From Patescibacteria group bacterium (GTDB taxonomy: Bacteria > Patescibacteriota > UBA1384 > XYA2-FULL-43-10 > 1-14-0-10-43-13), in assembly GCA_041666325.1 (NCBI GenBank), contig JBAYHC010000004.1, positions 128,929-192,928 on the forward strand: 64,000 nt of DNA, given 5' to 3'. Position numbers and translations under genes: made by a program. This document shows positions 58,680 through 64,000 of the stretch, piece after piece (the stretch's first letter is position 1; the number at the start of each line of letters is the position of its first letter). The notes below the pieces were generated by a model. The model was not told where the DNA came from. It was given only the letters and a program-made list of their open reading frames with translations, and ran no database searches.

Positions 58680-60091
58680 GTTTCTTTTCGCAGGAGGTTA
58701 TTGATATCGTTGGCTGCCAGATCTATGGCCGCCTTGGAGTCTTGGCGACCACTGTTCACTGAGTCGATAGAGTTTTTTATAATAGCATCAAATTCTGCCG
58801 GAAAACGTCCTTTGACCAGTGAATTTGCTGTCACCAAGGAAATTCGCTCTGGGTTGCCTGGAGTGCGCGCCTTCAATGAAACATCAGTATCAGTTGATTT
58901 TTGGCTGCTGTACAGGCGGTTTACGGAGTTGAGAGAACTGCTGCTTGCTGTGGCAACCAAATAATTTAGCCTCCAGGTCATGACGGTAGCTTTTGAGAAC
59001 CTATTAACTCCAAAGGCCATAAACTTTGCGTAGTCCGTGAGTTTGTCAGTTTGTTCGCTAAGCTGGGGAGCAGGCGCTTTTTTGTAACTAATTTTCGAGG
59101 AGGGATACTTTTGCAAAATGTAGTTCTGGAAATCGCTGTAACCGAAGATCATGGCCACTTTTCCATTTACGAAGGCATCGACTTCGTCTCCAAGAGAGTC
59201 ATTCCATGTGTAATTAGAGGAGCCCGGGTTAGAGAATGAGGTGTAAAACTCCAACGCTCTCTTGCCGGGGTAATCATCTTTGCCGGACGAGGTTTGAGTT
59301 GGTAAATTAAAGGTCGAAAGCTTGAGGTCGTCGGAGAGTATTTTGGTCTCATTCTGCATCATGAGTAGATAGAGGATGTCCTGGGAGCTTCTGAGACTGC
59401 TTGTTCCTATAGCTAGTCCAGATATATCAATATTGTTGCCATTTTTTTCTGTTAGTAGATTTGCTAGCTCGCTTAGGCCAGTCCATGATGTGGGGAAATT
59501 TCGTGATAATTCTTGTGCTCTTTGTCTTGTTTTTTGATCAATCTTGGAGTCTTGGGCAATTTTGGCCAGATTTGAGTCAAGCATTCCCTGGTTGTAATAG
59601 ATCATGAGCGGTTCCGCAGAGGGAGCCAAGGCGTAAATTCTGTCGTTAAACATGACTGATTGCTTGACTGACTTTGCAAATGTGCTATTCATGGTGAAGC
59701 CTTGCTTGCCCACGGCCTCGCCAAGTTTATCTTCACCTGCGCTGGCAAGCTTATCCTTGTGTCGGTAAACCCAATCACTTGGCATTGCCCATAAATCGGG
59801 CTTTGTTGTTGAGAGGATTGAGTTCAAAACTCTACCCTCGTATCCATCATCAAGAATTTGCTTTTCGTATTTGAGCGTATATCCCTTGTAGGTTGATGCA
59901 AATGTTTTGGCGATTGGCTTCCAGGCGTCTTCGTCCTCAAAGCTCCAGACCACAATTGTGGACGCGTCCGGGTCGGCTGTTGTTGCGGCTTTTTTGCTCC
60001 AAGGGAGAGTACATCCTGAGAGGGCGATAGAGAAAATAACTGCAAAAGTAGAGAATTTTGCAATTCGGCCAATTTTCTTAATTGAGCTCAT
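58673..60091 (-). CDS. Extracellular solute-binding lipoprotein (family 1-like)
   Basis: Lipobox LSGC, IVVWS, PLMIYYN, AFVNGKVAMIFG; start placed at ATG 60091. Confidence 0.85.
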   Translation of the reverse strand: MSSIKKIGRIAKFSTFAVIFSIALSGCTLPWSKKAATTADPDASTIVVWSFEDEDAWKPIAKTFASTYKGYTLKYEKQILDDGYEGRVLNSILSTTKPDLWAMPSDWVYRHKDKLASAGEDKLGEAVGKQGFTMNSTFAKSVKQSVMFNDRIYALAPSAEPLMIYYNQGMLDSNLAKIAQDSKIDQKTRQRAQELSRNFPTSWTGLSELANLLTEKNGNNIDISGLAIGTSSLRSSQDILYLLMMQNETKILSDDLKLSTFNLPTQTSSGKDDYPGKRALEFYTSFSNPGSSNYTWNDSLGDEVDAFVNGKVAMIFGYSDFQNYILQKYPSSKISYKKAPAPQLSEQTDKLTDYAKFMAFGVNRFSKATVMTWRLNYLVATASSSSLNSVNRLYSSQKSTDTDVSLKARTPGNPERISLVTANSLVKGRFPAEFDAIIKNSIDSVNSGRQDSKAAIDLAANDINNLLRKETW

Positions 60092-60153
60092 GGGTTCCCT
60101 CCGTGTGACAAGGCTAATTGGATAGTAGGCAAGTAAGCAGGTAGGCAAGTAGG

Positions 60154-60513
60154 TTAGTAGTGTTGAGATTTTTTCCAGTTATTTAGTAATCCACCGACTG
60201 ATTCACACTCACGGAATATTTTATCAAATTCCTCCGTGCTAATATATTCTAAGTCTTTGGAAAGAATTAGTTGGTATTTTAGCTCTTCCAGTGATCCTTC
60301 GGCGATATTGTAGAAACGGATACTGTCTTTCAGTCCTTTTCTTTTAAAACCTTCTGCGATATTTGATGGTATTGAAGATGAAGATCGGCGCATTTGGCTT
60401 GCCAGGCCATACTCTTCATGCTTTGGAAATTTTGAAACGAGCCTGTATGTGAGAAGTGTTAACTGATGCGCTTTTTGCCAAACTAGTAGATCTTGAAACG
60501 ATGTTATTGCCAT
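60154..60513 (-). CDS. Four-helix-bundle protein (23S rRNA IVP / Avd-like family)
   Basis: SFQDLLVWQKAH..FPKHEEYGLASQMRRSSSSIPSNIAEG...FYNIAEGSLEE. Confidence 0.92.
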   Translation of the reverse strand: MAITSFQDLLVWQKAHQLTLLTYRLVSKFPKHEEYGLASQMRRSSSSIPSNIAEGFKRKGLKDSIRFYNIAEGSLEELKYQLILSKDLEYISTEEFDKIFRECESVGGLLNNWKKSQHY

Positions 60514-60576
60514 ATTGACCTACTTGCCTACTAGCTTACATGCTTACCGCTCTACCGCCTTACTGCTTTACCGCTT

Positions 60577-61458
60577 CTATAATCTGTCTGCTGTTTCTTT
60601 GATAAACTGGGCAAATTCACCGTTGATATCTGGCCGCTTTAGCGCCATCTCAACATTGGTCTTAAGGTACTCTGTGATATTGCCACAATCGTAATATCTG
60701 CCACCCTTAATTTCAACAGCATATGCGTCGCGTCCTTCAGCTAGAAGAGTGTTGACTCCGTCGACCCAAACTAACTCGTTTCCTGGCTCAGGTTTAAAAC
60801 TTTCGAGAGCGCTAAATATTTCCGGAGTAAAGACGAAACCGGAAACAACAGCCAGATTCGAAGGAGCATTGGCTGGGCCGGGTTTCTCGACCAATTGTTC
60901 AACCTTTATAAAGCCAGGCTCAACTTCTTGACCCTTGGCATATCCGTATCTCTTTGTGTCTTCGGGCTTGTCTGTCCTGACAGCACCCAGGATAGTCGTG
61001 CCATATTTGTTATATGCATCGATTAGCTGGCGAGCCCTAGAAGGCTCAGCTACAATGAAATCATCACTCCACATAACCAGAAATGGCTCATCTCCAATGA
61101 TATTTTTGGCTGTAAGGATAGCGTCGCCATTGCCCTTTGCTTCTCTTTGGCGAACATAGATGAATTCCGCCATATTGGAGAGCTTGCGAATGGCTTCAAG
61201 CTGCTCTGTTTTTCCGGCTGCTTCTAATCTTTGCTCGAGCTCTGCGTGTCTGTCAAAATGGTCCTCAATCGCTCTTTTGTGCCAACCTGTAATAAATGTT
61301 ATTTGTTCAATTCCGGCCTCAGCCAACTCTTCTACGACGTACTGGATAACTGGTTTGTCAACGATTGGCAGCATTTGCTTAGGGATGGCTTTTGCGGCAG
61401 GCATGAATCTTGTAGCAAACCCAGCTGCCGGAACAACAGCTTTTCTAACTTTAGCCAT
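60577..61458 (-). CDS. galU: UTP--glucose-1-phosphate uridylyltransferase
   Basis: KAVVPAAGFATRFMPA.KAIPKQMLPIVDKP, VRQ, LVEKP, YDCG. Confidence 0.93.
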   Translation of the reverse strand: MAKVRKAVVPAAGFATRFMPAAKAIPKQMLPIVDKPVIQYVVEELAEAGIEQITFITGWHKRAIEDHFDRHAELEQRLEAAGKTEQLEAIRKLSNMAEFIYVRQREAKGNGDAILTAKNIIGDEPFLVMWSDDFIVAEPSRARQLIDAYNKYGTTILGAVRTDKPEDTKRYGYAKGQEVEPGFIKVEQLVEKPGPANAPSNLAVVSGFVFTPEIFSALESFKPEPGNELVWVDGVNTLLAEGRDAYAVEIKGGRYYDCGNITEYLKTNVEMALKRPDINGEFAQFIKETADRL

Positions 61459-61557
61459 ATTTTTCCTTAATTTAAAAGTTTGTGGGCTGGTAGGCGATTA
61501 GGTACAAAAACATGCTGGTATTAGCTTGTTTGCATATTTACTTACTAGCCTACAAAC

Positions 61558-61989
61558 TTACCTGCTTATCTGTCTCTTTGTTCTTGAACTTTCGTAATCG
61601 CCCTCATTGATAGCGATTATCTTGGTTTTGACTTTGGCGTCTTTGGGAATCTCGACTTTCAAGAGTCCGTCTTTAAGTGTTGCCTTTGCGCTTTCTGAGT
61701 TAACGGCCATTGGCAGGACATAGGAGCGAGAGAAGGGTCCCCAGTAGCATTCCTGGGTGAAAAAGTGGTCTTCGTTGGGAGTGGTATCGTTTAGTTTGCG
61801 TTCACCACGAATTGTAACCACCTCGTCGGTGATGGAAACATCAAGATCGCTGGATTTGACACCAGCAACCGGAGCAACAATATAAATAGTGTGCTCGTCT
61901 TGATATACGTCAATAGCCAGCTCCCCGTCTACATGCTCGGTTAGCCAGTCGTCGTGCGGATTCTCTCCCTGCACATTCCCTCCTGTCAA
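61558..61989 (-). CDS. Hsp20/alpha-crystallin small heat-shock protein
   Basis: ELAIDVYQ, VTIRGER, ECYWGPFSRS..LP, LKDGLLKVEIPK; start uncertain. Confidence 0.9.
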   Translation of the reverse strand: MTGGNVQGENPHDDWLTEHVDGELAIDVYQDEHTIYIVAPVAGVKSSDLDVSITDEVVTIRGERKLNDTTPNEDHFFTQECYWGPFSRSYVLPMAVNSESAKATLKDGLLKVEIPKDAKVKTKIIAINEGDYESSRTKRQISR

Positions 61990-62153
61990 TCAACCGTTAA
62001 GTATTGATTGATTAACTAGATTATAGTCATATAGTAAAAAGGAGTCAACTGGTCCGGTGGAGCACAAGCGATAAAGAGGTAAGGTAATAAAGCAGTAAGG
62101 CGATAGGGCAGTAGAGCCGCACTGCTTTAATTTTACATAAAATATTTTATAGT

Positions 62154-62852
62154 ATGAACAAAATATTTTCTTTTTTGAGCGACATATTCCTCGATATCTT
62201 TTTCCCAAAGCGCTGTGTTAACTGTGGAAAATATGGGGATCTGCTTTGTTTTGGTTGTGTCGGCGAGATAGAGGCAATCAAAACGGATACCTGTCCGGAG
62301 TGTGGCAGGATATCTAAGCACGGACGATTTTGTACGAATTGCAAGCGTAAACTTGGGATGGAATTGACGGGGTTGCTTGTTGCTGCTCATTATAGGGGAC
62401 CAATAAAGAAGATGATTCATCAGTATAAATATGCCGGAATAAGGGATTTATCAGTGTTGTTGGGCGAGATTTTGTTTCAGCGTCTCCATGATCATACTCT
62501 GCCAGGCCTAATTGTTGTTCCTGTGCCGTTACATCGCAAGAGAGAGGCAGGGAGAGGGTTTAATCAATCTGAACTCATGGCAAGATACATTTCTAAAAAA
62601 TTGAATCTTGCGGGAGGTATGGCTTTGGCTAGGGTAAAAAATACTGAGCCACAGGCCAGGCTTGCCAAAGCCAAGAGATTGACAAACCTGACAGGTGCTT
62701 TCGCTGTTGTTGACAAGGATCTTGTCTCGGGTAGGGACGTTCTGCTGGTGGATGATGTGGCCACAACTCTGGCTACACTCAATGAATGTGCTAAGGTTTT
62801 GCGGCAAAGTGGCGCGAGGCGGGTCTGGGGGAGTGTCGTGGCGCGAGGATAA
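62154..62852 (+). CDS. comF: ComF-family competence protein
   Basis: Double zinc ribbon, VPVPLH..RGFNQS, LLVDDVATT. Confidence 0.9.
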   Translation: MNKIFSFLSDIFLDIFFPKRCVNCGKYGDLLCFGCVGEIEAIKTDTCPECGRISKHGRFCTNCKRKLGMELTGLLVAAHYRGPIKKMIHQYKYAGIRDLSVLLGEILFQRLHDHTLPGLIVVPVPLHRKREAGRGFNQSELMARYISKKLNLAGGMALARVKNTEPQARLAKAKRLTNLTGAFAVVDKDLVSGRDVLLVDDVATTLATLNECAKVLRQSGARRVWGSVVARG

Positions 62853-62974
62853 TATTCTTGCGCTTGTTCGGCGCTAGCCAACAAAAAACCAGCAACTAAG
62901 TGCCGGTGTTCTTTGGCTCGTCTGACTGCGTCAGATGACACCACATTCTGGTTGGAAGCCATGAGCTTGTTGAG

Positions 62975-63064
62975 TGGCGGAGAGGGTGGGATTTGAACCC
63001 ACGAGGAGCTTGCACCCCTGGCTGTTTTCAAGACAGCTGCACTAGACCACTATGCGACCTCTCC
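62975..63064 (-). tRNA. tRNA-Ser(TGA)
   Basis: Minus strand GGAGAGG...GCTGT-CTTGAAA-ACAGC...GGTTCAAATCC...CCTCTCC-G-CCA; long variable arm. Confidence 0.95.
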
Positions 63065-63368
63065 AATGTTATTCAAGAAACAAAGCCCTACTTTAGAGGG
63101 CAACCTCCTTGGTATCAATTTACGATGCGAAGCCCTACTTTAGAGGGCGACCTCTCCGATGTTATTTTAAATGTGGAGTCCCGACGACTGTCGGGTCGAT
63201 CTCTTCCGAATGAGAAAATTATACTATATTTGAAGCTGTTTTGCAATGCAGTGTGGGAAATATTTTGGCTGATTCTTTTTGATAGCCGTCTATCCTAATA
63301 TTATCGTTAATATTGTTAGCAGTTAGGGATAGTGGTAAGCTAATATGTCAAAGTAAATTGGAGATACT

Positions 63369-63980
63369 ATGGAAAATGAGATTATGGTTGATGATCCGTG
63401 TGATTGTTTGCCCGAACCAATGATCGGCAAGAAATTGCCTGATATTGGTCTAAAAGCTTACCATGAGGGTGGTGAAAAGAGCATAAAATTGGCTGATTAC
63501 CGAGGCAAGTGGATGGTTTTAATTTTTTATCCCGCAGACTTTACATTTATTTGCCCGACAGAGCTGGAAGAAGCAGCAGAATATTATGACCAGTTTCAGA
63601 AAGAGGGGGCCGAGGTTTTTTCTATCAGCACCGACACAGTTTATGTGCACAAAGCCTGGCATGATCAGTCTCCCTCAATCAAAAAAATTAAGTTTCCCAT
63701 GTTGGCAGATCCTGCCGGTAAACTGTCCCGCTTGCTTGGGGTGTATCTGGAGGATGAGGGCTTGGCCTTGCGTGGGAGCTTTATCGTTGATCCGGAAGGT
63801 GTTATCAAGGCAATAGAAGTTCATGATAACAGCATTGGCAGGAGTGCTGCCGAGCTGCTAAGAAAGCTTCAGGCGGCAAAGCTTGTATATGACAATGACG
63901 GCGCTATTGTTTGCCCTGCCAATTGGCACAAAGGTGGCAAGACATTGAAGCCGGGGATGGACCTGGTCGGGAAGATATAA
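63369..63980 (+). CDS. ahpC: 2-Cys peroxiredoxin AhpC
   Basis: FYPADFTFICPTE, ALRGSFIVDPEG, GRS, VCPANW. Confidence 0.95.
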   Translation: MENEIMVDDPCDCLPEPMIGKKLPDIGLKAYHEGGEKSIKLADYRGKWMVLIFYPADFTFICPTELEEAAEYYDQFQKEGAEVFSISTDTVYVHKAWHDQSPSIKKIKFPMLADPAGKLSRLLGVYLEDEGLALRGSFIVDPEGVIKAIEVHDNSIGRSAAELLRKLQAAKLVYDNDGAIVCPANWHKGGKTLKPGMDLVGKI

Positions 63981-64000
63981 ATTAGCTAGTAAGCTAGTAA

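Noticed and set aside
60154-60513. Diversity-generating retroelement
   Set aside because: Avd-like fold only; no reverse transcriptase or TR/VR pair found in the window
63083-63154. CRISPR array
   Set aside because: Only two repeats, a ~22-bp spacer and no cas genes

Overview
Core-chromosome segment of a Patescibacteria (CPR)-type bacterium (inferred from gene content and style). It spans the replication origin (dciA-like/recF/dnaN/oriC/dnaA/rpmH/rnpA/yidD/yidC). It also holds housekeeping genes (trxA, mnmA, rrf2-iscS-rubredoxin-iscU, valS, tsaD, femAB-like, murE, xer, uppP, galU, hsp20, comF, ahpC, two tRNA-Ser), a Doc-type toxin-antitoxin pair, a PilB/GspE ATPase, five VirB2/TrbC-like pilin genes and a ~25 kb T4SS-like operon (VirB6-like, PrgI, VirB4, CHAP, PEGA/propeller, M23) ending in a 3173-aa protein. 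The most unusual signals are: (1) a pervasive, nested set of 7/8/9-mer tandem-repeat arms arranged as inverted pairs, which enclose four-helix-bundle (IVP/Avd-like) genes, occur empty at many gene junctions, sit in frame in essential genes and carry small GC-rich palindromes, including a 39-bp frame-preserving element in 4 copies; (2) an ORF-free ~32-bp-periodic motif array with its own predicted promoter next to a high-GC orphan DGQHR gene; (3) a giant repeat protein whose M15-like peptidase motifs appear split between its N-terminal region and extreme C-terminus. All calls come from reading the sequence and recognising motifs; no database searches were run.
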